A stretch of 64,000 nucleotides of DNA from Eledone cirrhosa (Eukaryota), in assembly GCA_964016885.1 (NCBI GenBank), contig OZ024742.1, forward strand, positions 81,964,001 to 82,028,000, read 5' to 3'. Below the pieces are notes generated by a model. That model worked only from the letters and a program-made list of their open reading frames with translations, did no database searches and was not told where the DNA came from. How positions within the stretch are numbered: the stretch's first letter is position 1; every line of letters begins with the position of its first letter. This document shows positions 42,817-55,783 of the stretch, piece by piece. A program made the translations under genes and the position numbers.

Positions 42817-45533
42817 CAGTTCAAAACGCTAGCAGGTTGGTGAGACTCTTGTACACTCCTCCCCTATCCGCTAATCCCACAGAGTCCCAGCGTGCATCTA
42901 AGATCCCGTTCCAGTCGCCCACTAACACTAAAGAGCAGGACGTTCCAAGAAAGGTCTCCATACGCCGGAAGAAATCAGGCCGCCCTGCTCCTGTCGGGGC
43001 ATAGACGGCCACTAGCCTGAAAGCTTGATCGTCTCCGCTGGTCACGTCCAGCTCCACCAACCTACCTTCTGGGTCCAGGAAGATCGTTCGAATGGTGAGA
43101 TCCAAACCTCTCCGAAAAAGCACAGCAACTCCTCCCCCCGATCCCGGAAAGCTGGGAGATGCGTACACATCGTAGCCGCCGAAGATCGGTGCGAAGGCCC
43201 TTGCTTCGGAGATTCTGGTCTCGCTGATGGCCATTACATCTATGTTTAGTGACCTGAGGTCGTTGAGCAGGTGGCCCTGCTTCCATGACGATCCCAAGCC
43301 ACGCGCATTTATGCTGCCTATTCTGAGTGAGGAAAGTTGAAATGGAGTGGAAAAGATGGGAAAGACCACTTACCTTACTTCTCGTAGAGGAAGGACGGTT
43401 TCTCCATCCTGTTCACTGCTTGTGGCCTCCTCAGGAAGGATGTCCTTATAAATCCTCCTGGAGAGTGATTGTCGGAAGTCTGCTATGTCTTTGGGGAATT
43501 TTTGTTTTAGTGTCATGTACGTTTTCTGTGTGATGCGAGTGATTTGTATGTGTGGAGGTGGTGTGAACTTTTGGGTTGTTTTGTAGTCTTTTTCTGTGAT
43601 GCTGGTGTTGTGTTGGATGTAGTGTAATAATTGGTTGTTGTTCAAATTTGATGCTGTGTAGTGTGTATCGTTTTGGTTGTTTTGTCTTGTTTGTGTTTGT
43701 TGTGGGTTTGATTCTGTTTCGCTTTTAGGTGACTTTTGTGGTGTAGGTAATGGTGGTGTTGGGGTTAATGATGGTGATGGTGTTGGTGTTTGGAGTGATG
43801 GGGTTGGTGATGCTGGTGAGGATGGTGGCATATCTGTCCTAACTTTTTTGTTTGATAGTTTATTTGTTTCCCCCTTTATTTTGTTTTTGGAAGGGGAAGG
43901 AAGATAATTTTTTTTGGGGGGGGGTTCTTTTTTTCTTTTTTCCTGATACCGTTTCCCACTCCTCGTCTCACAATCTGTCTCCAGTTGTTATAGGCCGGGG
44001 AGTGGAAAATCCTCCACAGGCGTTAGTTTTGGTTGTGGCGTGGTGAATGGTGTAGGCTCTGGTGCTAGTTCTGGCGCGTTGGGTGGAGGTGGTGTTGGTG
44101 TTGCTACTGTTGCTGGGGTTGTTGCTATTACAGTTGCTTCTGCATTTGCTGCCATCTCTACTGCTGGTGGTGTTGATGGTTGAGTCACTGGGGTGGGTAG
44201 AGAGCTGGCCTCAACCTTTTAGCCTGAGGGCAGAAAGCCCTTAGGTGGGTTCCTTCACCACAAACAACACAACTAGGCTTTCTGCCCTCGACAATTACGG
44301 CGAGGTGGCTGCCGTCAGTGAGGCCTATTACCTCTGGGATCTCCTCAATGCTTTTTTGGTCCGCTTGGATCAGGAGCTCCATCCCAGATCCGGACCAGTT
44401 ATCCTGCTTTTCTTTCGTTATTGCTATTATCTTGGTGTTGGCTTCGATGCCGGTGAGGACGGTAGCTATTAGCCAAGGAATTTTGATGGCCGGTGGAACG
44501 TGGTTGACACTCATCTTTACGAGTCTCTGGCCACAATAGCTTGGGACGAGTGTGAAGTTGTCACTTCTTAATGGAGCCATGGGGTGTTCTCTAGCCTCCT
44601 GTGGTGTTTCAAAGAATACGTCCACGGTTCCATACTTCTGCCCACGTCCGATGTGGGTATTCTTTTCCCACACATGTCCCGAAGCTTTTTGGATTTGGGA
44701 CTCGGATGCCCGTTCCAATCGGCTCGATTGTATATTAATTGTTCGATAAGACACGGTGCATAGGCGCCGATGCTCCATTTTATTAGGTGTGTGTTTGTGC
44801 TGACCCTGTACCCATCTTTCTTTACCATTTTTTTGGCTTCTTCTAATTCCTCCTGAGTTACCTGCAATGCTTCGCACTGTTTCGCTACTCTGCCAAAACT
44901 CAGTGTGGTTTTCTTAATGTCATTGTTGCTGTTGTTGTTATCGTTATTTTTGTTATTATTAATTTTAGTTTCAGTTGTGGTGGTGGTGGCGTCAGTGGTG
45001 TTCGGTGTGGAAGAGTCCATTTTGGTTGAAATCATTTCGATATCACAAGTTAATTTATTTTTTTCTTTTGTTTCTGTTGTCACGGTGTTGGTGGCGGGGG
45101 GGGGGGGGGGGGTCGCGGTGGTGGTGGTGGCGGCGGCTTTAACACCTGAAGTCATTGGTAATGGCGGGAAATGAATATCTGCCTGACACAAATTTAAAAC
45201 ATTGCTACTGCTTATATTTTTAGTGTTGGCAAACGTAGTAATATTTACAATTGTGGTGTCGGTATGAGGTGTTAGTTTGTGAGGAAGGCTGTCAGCTTCG
45301 TGTGGTTGTGAGTCGTCCATGTTTTTTTCAAAGAAAGTTTTTTTTCATAATTATAGAAGTTTAAATTTTGGGCTCAAGGCCCCAATCTTTTTGAGTGTCC
45401 TTTTTGGAAAACAATGTATGTGCACTTATATACAGTTAACAATAAAAAGTTTCCATAAATGGCAATTTTAAACAAACGAAAACAACAAACCTTTGCGGAC
45501 CTCACGGTGATACGATTTACTACGTAGGTCGCC
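42816..45533 (-). mobile_element. L1/Tx1-clade LINE 5' half: 5'UTR, ORF1 (different subfamily) and APE N-terminus
   Basis: ORF1 CCHC knuckle CVVCGEGTHLRAFC and a P/T-rich tail; APE 43369-42821 (SINARG, AISET, GGGVAVL, VGDWN) closely similar to 41590-41030; (AAT)n at 45534-45568. Confidence 0.9.
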
Positions 45534-45566
<33 letters not shown>

Positions 45567-45570
<4 letters not shown>

Positions 45571-48449
45571 TGTAACACTTCGAATCCCAGGGTTGGGGCG
45601 GAATCACTGGCAGCAGAACAAATTAAAGAAAGGATCGAAAAAGTGACGGGAGTGCATGCTCAAGATGAAACTCCAAATGAAAATAATGAGATCGTAAATG
45701 ATAAAGAAATGAAAAGAGACATGAATGAGAATGAACTTGCCAACTTGAAGGATGAAATTATGATCGAATGGATGAAAATGAAAGAATCTGACATGGGGCA
45801 ACGAGACACCTTCCCTAAGATCCAGAACTCCAAACAGAACCAACAGATAATACACAAGACTAACATAATTCTCAAAAACATTATCATCACAAACAAACTA
45901 AACATTACTGATTTAAATCATCTCTATCATGCATCCGCTAAAGTCACCACTCACTTATGTGGAGTGAAGATGAAGAAACAAAGGAATTCCCACAAGAAAT
46001 CTACTTGGCAAGAGAACATCAATCGCCAAATAAACCTTCTCCGATCTGGCATAGAAATGTTAACAAACTATAAATTAGGTGAACATGTTAAACAAACTTA
46101 ACTTAGAAAATTGAAAAGAATGTATAGTATAAAATCAACAAGTGAAATAGACATGCTGATAGAAATAATCAAGCAAAAAAGTGTTGGCCAAAGCTGCTCG
46201 TATAAGGCGCTTTGAAAAACGATCTAGATTCTATAAGGACAATCATATTTTCAAAAACAACCAAAGAAATTTCTACAGAAAAATTGGAAAGTCAACAATA
46301 ACTGCTAAATCAATACCACCCAAGGAGGAAGTGCAAGAATTTTGGGAAAAAATCTTGGCCGAAGAAAAAGTTCATAACATACATGCCCCATCAGCTTTTG
46401 GTTAACAAAATGATACTGGAAGATTGTCATAATAGACACAACAATCTATCGATTGCTTGGATAGATTATAAAAAAGCATTCGATAGTTTGCCACACAGTT
46501 GGATTGAAAAATGTTTAGAGATTTTCAAAATATCCCCCGTTGTCAGGAGGTTTTTGTCATTCGGTATGAAGACATGGAAAACGACACTCCTTTTGAATAG
46601 TGAAACAAAATCACTGGAAGCTGGAGAAGTTAATATTAATTGTGGAATTGTTCAGGGTGACTCTTTATCACCGCTTTTATTCTGCATCGCACTTATACCA
46701 TTAAGTAAAATGCGCAATGAAACAAAACATGGATATAAAGTCTATGACAAATCCATGAATCACTTGTTCTACATGGATGACCTGAAACTATTTGCAAAAA
46801 ATGATGAACAATTGCAAGGGCTATTATCCACTGTGGAGCAGTTCAGTGATGACATTAACATGGAGTTTGGACTAGATAAGTGCGCCAAAGCAATGTTCAC
46901 CAGAGGAAAGCTGCTGAAAAGTTCAGACATTAATCTTGATCGGGGGAATGTGATAAGAGAACTTGATCAAGAGGAAACTTACAAATATCTAGGTGTTTGT
47001 GAAGGAGACGGAATCAAGCACTCGACAATGAGGGAAAGGATAAGGAAGGAATGTTACTGCAGAGTAAGAGCAATCTTAAGAACGGAATTGAATGCAAGGA
47101 ATAGGATTGATGCCATAAACACGCTTTCTATACGAGTAGTAACCTACAGTTTCAATGTCATCAACTGGTCAAGCACAGAGATCCTTAGGCACGATACAAA
47201 AATTCGAAAATTCTTAACCATGCACATAATGCATCACCCTAACGAAGATACAGATATAATATATCTCCCTAGGAAAGAAGGAGGATGTGGGTTAATCCAG
47301 TTAGACATTGCGTTGAAAACTGCAACAATTGGATTATCTACATATCTAAGGGAATCACATGTTTTGATGATCAAAATCGTTTTGAAACACGAAAGCATGA
47401 AAAGATCATACTCCATTACAAAAGATGCACAAAGATACAGTAATAGACTACAAATTTCAGAAGTCCCATTTACTGCTGAAATGGAAAACACAAAAAAAGC
47501 AAAGCAGGTAAAAGTAACTGCAAAGAAAGAACTGCTACAGAAACTGGCTAAGAAATCGCAAGAAAATACCCAGAACGAGCTAACAATCCTGATGTTGACA
47601 AAACTTTAACCCATCAGTGGTTGGCATCCTCTAGACTGAAATCGGAGACTGAAGGACTGATTATATCAGCACAAGATCAGTGTCTGCCAACAAAAAATTA
47701 CCAAGCCAACATAATAAAAGATGGATGCAGCCCATGATGCCGTGTATGCAAAAAACAACCTCAGACCATTGACCATGTAATTTTAATGTGCAGTCCTATA
47801 GCTCCAACCGAATACCTTAACAGGCATGACAGAGCTGCACAATACATACATTGGATAATGTGTAAGCATTTTGACCTGCCCCATCAAAAGAATTGGTGGG
47901 AGCATCAACCACCTCCCATACTTGAAAAAGATCACATCTCAATCTTGTGGAACTTTAGCATCCAAACAGACCGAAAAATAGATGCAAATGGACCTGATAT
48001 AATATTGAAGGACTTTAAAAAGAGGGTATGCCTGCTAATTGATATGTCCCTTCCAATAGACAAGAATGTATCTATGAAAACATTTGAAAAATTGAGCAAG
48101 TATAAGGACCTGGAGATAGAAATTGGAAAAATGTGGAAATTGAGAACTAAAACAATACCAGTAGTCATAGGCGCTCTAGGAATGATACCTAAGGGCTCTA
48201 ATGATTACTTATCACAAATCCCAGGAAACCCGCGTATAGGAGAATTACAAAAGATAGTACTAATGGGAACTGCCCATATACTAAGGAAGATTCTGTCAAT
48301 ATAAGTACATCACGAGTCTAAACACCAAAAGATGCATGTGTGAGTATGTATGTTCTTTCTTGAACATGGCGGACCTTGTTGTCTCTTGAGGTCACTGGTT
48401 GTGACTTGGTGATAACTCGTATGAACATAAAGCAAGATAAATGCAACTG
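45567..48449 (+). mobile_element. R4/Dong family A, 5'-truncated, with internal deletion at ~46390
   Basis: Pre-RT region joined directly to DQLLVNK; RT ORF 46383-47609; RLE ORF 47786-48304; (AAT)n at both ends. Confidence 0.95.
46383..47609 (+). CDS. Reverse transcriptase domain of the Dong element
   Basis: WIDYKKAFDS, GIVQGDSLSPLLF, HLFYMDDLKLF, FGLDKC, YKYLG, YLPRKEGG.GL. Confidence 0.88.
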   Translation: MPHQLLVNKMILEDCHNRHNNLSIAWIDYKKAFDSLPHSWIEKCLEIFKISPVVRRFLSFGMKTWKTTLLLNSETKSLEAGEVNINCGIVQGDSLSPLLFCIALIPLSKMRNETKHGYKVYDKSMNHLFYMDDLKLFAKNDEQLQGLLSTVEQFSDDINMEFGLDKCAKAMFTRGKLLKSSDINLDRGNVIRELDQEETYKYLGVCEGDGIKHSTMRERIRKECYCRVRAILRTELNARNRIDAINTLSIRVVTYSFNVINWSSTEILRHDTKIRKFLTMHIMHHPNEDTDIIYLPRKEGGCGLIQLDIALKTATIGLSTYLRESHVLMIKIVLKHESMKRSYSITKDAQRYSNRLQISEVPFTAEMENTKKAKQVKVTAKKELLQKLAKKSQENTQNELTILMLTKL

Positions 48450-48465
48450 TAATAATAATAATAAT

Positions 48466-48535
48466 GCTTTCTTTATTAACCACAAGTGTTTACACAAAAT
48501 AGACATTAAGGACAGTACATGACAATACAGGACAG
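48466..48535 (-). mobile_element. ~70 bp 3'-terminal fragment of the Tx1 family
   Basis: CTTTATTAACCACAAG.GTTTACA.AAA.TAGACATTAAG.ACAGT matches 38073-38135; (AAT)n on both sides. Confidence 0.8.
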
Positions 48536-48559
48536 GGCCATAATAATAATAATAATAAT

Positions 48560-50879
48560 AAATTGATCAGATCAAGCTATGATCACAAAGTCAGCGAAGG
48601 GAAAATCAAACCTGTAGCAGTGAAAACGAGGTAAATTGTAACACTTCGAATCCCAGGGTTGGGGCGGAATCACTGACAACAGAACAAATTAAAGAAAGGA
48701 TCGAAAAAGTGGAGGGAGTGCATGCTCATGATGAAACTGAAAATGAAAACAATGAGATCGTAAATGATAAAGAAATGAATGAGAATGAACTTGACAACTT
48801 GAAGTATGAAATTGTGAACGAATGGATGAAAATGAAAGAATCTTACATGGGGGAACGAGGCACCCTCCCTAAGATCCAGAACTCCAAACAGAACACACAA
48901 GATAATACACAAGGCTAACATAATTCTCAAAAATATTATCATCACAAACAAACTAAACATTACTGATTTAAATCATCTCTATTATGCATCCGCTAAAGTC
49001 ACCACTCACTTATGTGGAGTGAAAATGACAAAACAAAGGAATTCCCACAAGAAATCTACTTGGCAAGAGAACATCAATCGCCAAATAAACCTTCTCCGAT
49101 CTGATATAGAAATGTTAACAAACTACAAAGTAGGTGAACATGTTAAACAAACTAAACTTAGACATTTTAAGAGGAAATACAGTATAAAATTAACAAGTGA
49201 CATAGACATGCTGATAGAAATAATCAAGCAAAAAGTGTTGGCCAACTCTGCTCGTATAAGGTGCTTTGAAAAACGATATAGATACTATGAGGACAATAAT
49301 ATGTTCAAAAACAACCAAAGAAACTTCTACAGAAAAATTGGAAAGTCAACAATAGCTGCTAAATGAATACCACCCAAGGATGAAGTGCAAGAATCTGGGA
49401 AAAGAGCTGGGCCGAAGAAAAAAGTTCATATTGTACATGCCCCATGGATAGACAGACAAATGAAAGATACAGCTCACCTTGAGGAACAAATATGTGGAAA
49501 TATAACAGTTGAAGCTGCGTTTGGCTCTTAGAAAAACCAGTAAATGGAAATCCCCAGGAGAAGACAAAATACCAATTTTTTGGATAAATGCCTTCACAGA
49601 GTCTCATGAGCTGTTAGCCCAACTTTAAAATGAAATAGTTAAGGAGCCAGAAAAGATACCATCATGGCTAGTTAACGCATTACATTCCTGCTTCCGAAGA
49701 ATGATGAGACAAACAATCCCAAAAATTACAGACCGATAACTTGCTTGACCACAATGTATAAAATGTTAACATCAGTCCTAAATGACTATACACATGACCA
49801 CCTGATAAAAAATGATCTATTTCACAATGAGCAGAAAGGGTGTAAACGAGGCTCATACGGCTGTAAGGTTAACAAAATGATACCGGAAGATTGTCATAAT
49901 AGACACAAAAATCTATCAATTGCTTGGATAGATTATACAAAAGCATTCGATAGTTTGCCACACAGTTGGGTTGAAATATGTTTAGAGAGTTGCAAAATAT
50001 ATCCCGTTGTCAGGAGCTTCCTGTCATTCACTATGAAGATATGGAAAACGACACTCCTTTTGAATAGTGAAAGACAATCACTGAAAGCTGGAGAAGTTAA
50101 TATTAATTGTGGAATTGTTCAGGGTGACTCTTTATCACCGCTTTTATTCTGCATCGCACTTATACCATTATGCCGTGTATGTAAAAACAACGAGAGACCA
50201 TTGATCATATAATTTCAATGTGCAGTCCTATAGATCCAACCGAATACCTAAACAGACATGACAGAGCTACACAATACATACATTGGATAATGTGTAAGCA
50301 TTTTGACCTGCCCCATCAAAAGGATTGGTGGGAGCATCAACCACCTCCTATACTTAAAAACGATCACATCTCAATCTTGTGGAACTTTAGCATCCAAACA
50401 GACCGACAAATAGATGCAAATATACCTGATATAATACTGAAGGACGTTAAAAAAGTGTATGCCTGCTAATTGATATGACTGTTCCAATAGACAAGAATGT
50501 ATCTATAAAAACATTTGAAGAATTGAGCAAGTATAAGGACCTGGAGATAGAAATTTGAAAAATGTGGAAATTGAGGACTAAAACAATACCAGTGGTTGTA
50601 GGCGCTCTAGGAATGATACATAAGGGGTCTAATGATTACTTATCGCAAATCCCAGGAAACCCGCGTATAGGAGAAATACAAAAGTTAGTAGTAATGGGAA
50701 CTGCCTATATACTAAGGAAGATTCTGTCAATATAAGTACATCACAAGTCTAAACACCTAACGATGCATGTGTGTGTATATATGTCCTTTTGTGAACATAG
50801 CGGATCTGGTTGTCTCTTGAGGTCACTGGTTGTGACTTGGTGATAACTCGTATAAGCATAAAGCAAGATAAATGCAACT
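48560..50879 (+). mobile_element. R4/Dong family A with a large internal deletion at ~50170
   Basis: RT ...LFCIALIPL is fused to CRVCK through a shared CCATTA; same 3'UTR; (AAT)n tail. Confidence 0.93.
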
Positions 50880-50929
50880 ATAATAATAAAAATAATGATA
50901 ATAATAATAATAATAATAAATTAATAATA

Positions 50930-52045
50930 ATTTCATTCTTAAGCCACGCAGTGCTCACATTAAGGAACCACTCATGATAATAACAACTTGAAAAAGAAAA
51001 AAAAAGAAAACCCCGTGACCTAGAAATACCGGGATGGCGGCGGCGGGGAATAGCCGTGTCTCTAGGGGAGGACTACCCCTCTAGTCATGGTTGACACTCG
51101 TCCCAGGAGTGTTAACACGAACTGACTACCCCTTGGCGGTTAAGGATAAAACGCAACAAAATAAAGTCAATGTCAACTGATAAAATCTTATACAGGATTG
51201 GCCGGCATCCGGGTCACAAAGGGCCGTGTCCCTCAGAGAGGAACCAGACTGGGGTCGAAAAATCAGCCAATGGTTCAAGCCTTCCCATCAATTCGGAGCT
51301 GGAGACCTCCCATATCAGGGATACTCTTACTGTTGGGCGTCCATGCTCACCACCAAGAAATCCAAAAAAAAAGAGAGAAAAATGGTCAAGAGATGACAAT
51401 AAAGATGTCTTTGAGACTTCTACACTGCCATGTACTACCCATCAAATAGATCGAATACAGAACAGACATATGTCAACTGGAAAAAGAAAACATAGGCTAT
51501 ATTGACAGTAACAAACAAGCCAATATACGAAGAATTATTGTTAAAAAAATGTTACTAAGTGATATAAAAATTGATCAGATCAAGCAATTAGCACAAAGTC
51601 AGCGAAGGGAAAATAAAAGATGTGTCAGTGAAACCGAGGTAAATTGCAACACTTCGAATCCCATGGTTGGGGCGGAATCACTGACAGCAGAACAAATTAA
51701 AGAAAGGATCGAAAAAGTGGAGGGAGTGCATACTCAAGATGGAACTCAAAATGAAAACAATGAGATCGTAAATGATACAGAGATGAATGAGAATGAATTT
51801 GCCAACTTGAAGAATCAAATTATGATCGAATGGACGAAAATGAAAGAATCTGATATGGGGGAACGAAACACTCTCCCTAAGATCCAGAACACCAAACAGA
51901 ACCAAAAGATAATACACAAGACTAACATACTTCTCAAAAATATTATCATCACAAACAAACTAAACATTACTGATCTAAATCGGCTAAAGTCACCACTCAC
52001 TTATGTGGAATGAAAATGAAAAAAACCAAAGAAACCTACTTGGCA
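50930..52045 (+). mobile_element. R4/Dong family A 5' end (structured 5'UTR plus ORF N-terminus)
   Basis: KREKWSRDDNKDV N-terminal motif; 51570-52045 overlaps the other family A copies; interrupted by a PLE. Confidence 0.85.
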
Positions 52046-53833
52046 AGAGAACAACAATCGCCATGCAACAACGAACATTGCCGTTTTGCCAATTCGACAT
52101 CAATAATTACCATTCCTCCATCATTTTACCACTTCTCCTTAGAGCTATGAATTTTGCTAAAAAAACACTCACAGTGGTTAAGGATGTCGAAGTTGATGTC
52201 ATCCTCAATTCCCGTAAGTCGGTAATTAATTTCGACGACTCTATTTGGATTAAATAAATCTAATAGTACCCCCATTCGACGTGAGTATGGGCGCAAGCGA
52301 TTCTGCGGAGGTTAATGATCTTATCGGCCTTTTCCTTCTTTTCTGTATCAAGGAAGAATTCCCCAACGTGGGCGGTGGTTTGTACCGTGATGATGGTCTT
52401 TTTACCATGACAAAGTGCGGCCCACGAGCTTGTGACAGGGTCAGAAAAGAGCTCACAGCCTTCTTAAAAGGCTTCAACCTCTCCATACAGGTTGAGGCCA
52501 AACTCTCGATCGTTAATTAGCTCGACGTTACCCTCAATTTGTCGAATGGCTTGCACTACCCGTATAGAAAGCCGAATGATACGCTTAATTACATTCTAAC
52601 CATCCTGCCAGCATAAACAAGAACCAGGTAAGAAACGTTTCTTTGAGTCTTTCCCGTCTATCTACTAACGAGCATATTTCCAACGACCTATTACAATGAG
52701 GCTCTTGCTCGGAGTGGTTTTGTCGATAAGGTAGCATATACAGAGTACAAGAATAGACATAGGAAAAATATATCTCGATGCATTATATGGTATAACCCAC
52801 CATATAATATGGAGGTGGCCACAACATTAGCTAAGATCTTTCTCTCCCTTATTATGAAGCATTTTCCCCCAACACATACATATGGTAAAACTTTTAATAG
52901 AAATACTATAACATTTCTTAATCTACGACTCCTAACCTTGCACATAACATCACAGCTTCAAATTTAGCTAAACTACCTAGCCATAGGAACACGTGCAACC
53001 CTGTAACTAGTACTAATTGTAATTGTAGGAATCGGGTTCACTGCCCCGTATCCGGGAAATGCCTCTCTAGTAACATTGTCTACAAATGTAAGGTTGAAAC
53101 ACCCACGTCCCGCAGGGCCTACATAGCGTTAACCGCCAATATATTCAAGCAGCGTCTTTACATGCATACACATTCTTTTCTTAACCCCTTAAGAAGGAAT
53201 ATGACGTCACTTTCAGCTTATATCTGGAGTCTAAAAGACAACCACACTTGGAGATCCTAGCTAGGGCTAGATCGTATAAGGGAAATAAAAGATGATGTAA
53301 CCTCTGCGCCTCTGAGGCCCTGGAAATACTGTACGCCAAAGACCGCATCTTAAACAAAAATCTGAGGCAATTTCGGCTTGTAAACATAAATTACACAGAA
53401 CTTTCCTGTATTACAGCCCCACATTATACCCTAACGGATAGTACGAACTCTAAGCGGATATTTTACGTCTTGATGTGGTAGCTAAGTATATGTTATGTTT
53501 ATACCATTACTTATTTGTATAGATAAGTATATATTATCTGTATGTTTTGTGAAGGTACGTATACTTTCTCGTACGTATATTTGATTGTATATGTTATGGC
53601 GTATATATTATATATTCTGGTACATATGCATTTGGTTATGTGTATACGCGAATTTTGAGCCTGTATGAGTATGCGGGTTCGTACGTATGTAGGGTGTGTG
53701 TATACGTGTACTTTGTGCTTTGGTTGACGTCGTCTCCGAACATATTTGTATTTACTTGTAGGTATGTGTGGGCGCGCGTTATATACGTATGTATTTATTT
53801 ATATAAGCTTATTTAATTATATGTATACACGCG

Positions 53834-53885
<52 letters not shown>

Positions 53886-54560
53886 GTATATTTTATGTGT
53901 ATTTGGTGCATATATTCGTATGTGTGTGGGTACAGGCATTGCTTGGGTTATGTATGTGCGTGCGGGTTTTTGTGTGTACGTGCTTGTATTTGTATACCTA
54001 TGGTGAGTGTTTTCGCGTATACCTGTGCATGTATGTATATGGTTGCGTGTATGTATTTATTTAATTTCAATTACCTCTGTATTTTATTTACTTTAATCTT
54101 AACTCTGAAGCCGAGAATCATTCGGGTACCTAGTTAGAATTTTAGTCTACGACTTCAGTTTTACTATTTATGTGGTTTCGTCTTTGTGTGCAATTGTTCT
54201 CTCGCTCCACATAGTGACGAATTATCTTCGTTGTTTCCATTCATTGCCAGAGAACGTCTCCATGAACCATTTAATAAAGTATTAGTCTACAACTTCATTT
54301 ATACCATAAACGTGTTTTTTTCTTCGCGTGTAATTATTTTTCACCTCTCCAAATAATGACGTATTATCTTCGTTTTTTACCGTTCTTTGCCAGGGAAAAT
54401 TTCCACGAACCAAAGTATCGTCTTCCTGTCTTCCTCCGGTTTGCAACGTTTTTTGAAATATTTACTTCGACGTTCACAGATTGACTTTTTTAGTTTCAAA
54501 AGATCCCGTTAAGGGTGAAAGCAGCGATTCTTTGCTTAAACTTTAATCTGTTATTTTAAT
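52046..54560 (+). mobile_element. Penelope-like element (Naiad-type), decayed, with putative 3' tail/pLTR
   Basis: FCQFDINNYH, FDVSMGASDSAEV.DLIG, GLYRDDGL, YRKPN, WYNPPY, CNCRNRVHCPVSGKC, NIVY..AYI, CNLC. Hammerhead-like motif at 54491-54542. Linking 53900-54560 to the ORF is inferred. Confidence 0.88.
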
Positions 54561-54582
54561 ATATATATATATATAATAACAT

Positions 54583-54880
54583 AAAATAAATAAGTCACAT
54601 GTTTAAAATTTGGCTTCGTTTATTACTGCTATATATATTTCGGTGACAGCCATCTTTGGCCGTGACCTCTTCAGGTAGTCCGAATTAGTGTGGTAGAGAC
54701 GAGTAATCATGTTTTTGAGGTGTTTAACTTTGTCAATACTCTGATATGCCCAGTACCTGGATGGGTTGTTGTTTCACTGAGGAACTGGAATCAGAAATAT
54801 ATATAGATGGCTGTCACCGAAATATATATAGCAGTAATAGACGAAGCCAAATTTGAAACATTTGACTTATTTATTTTATT
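54583..54880. mobile_element. Short tail-out inverted PLE terminus
   Basis: 54583-54655 is the reverse complement of 54805-54878. Confidence 0.75.
54625..54679 (-). ncRNA. Type I hammerhead ribozyme
   Basis: ACTaC CTGAAGA GGT-c-ACGGCCA-aaga-TGGCTGT-c-ACC GAAA TATATA TA GcAGT; canonical core, 10 bp stem II, palindromic stem III. Confidence 0.82.
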
Positions 54881-55009
54881 TTATTTTACATTACTCCGGA
54901 GTAAGCAAACCAATCTGCGCACTTCGTCGAGTGCTCTAATATGCATACTGACGTGTGGTATTCAACCAACATATACTCACAGTTTATATATATATATATA
55001 TATATATAT

Positions 55010-55152
55010 GCTATACCCTCGTCCTAAACACTGTTCTCCTGATGAAGGGCTTATGCCCGAAATACCGTCCCCCACACCCACTCTCAAGTGTGAAACTAAT
55101 ACAAATATCATTTGTACTGCCTCTCTGTTTTGTGTTCTCTGTTCATTTATTA

Positions 55153-55156
<4 letters not shown>
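55010..55156 (+). mobile_element. Solo pLTR fragment of the Neptune-type PLE with a minimal hammerhead core
   Basis: CTGATGAAGGGCTTATGCCCGAAA (55039-55062); matches ~62870-63010; embedded in (TA)n. Confidence 0.78.
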
Positions 55157-55200
<44 letters not shown>

Positions 55201-55222
55201 ATACACACACTTACACACACAC

Positions 55223-55783
<561 letters not shown>

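Noticed and set aside
43340-43385. Tx1 ORF1 stop directly in frame with ORF2 (readthrough?), overlapping an AG|GTAAGT donor-like motif
   Set aside because: The other copy has a proper ORF2 ATG at 41536 in a different frame, so the in-frame fusion comes from a 1 nt loss that destroyed that ATG. There is no evidence for splicing.
53285-53310. TGA next to CNLC in the 52-53 kb PLE as selenocysteine
   Set aside because: Both cysteines are present; the TGA lies outside the motif and fits CGA>TGA decay.
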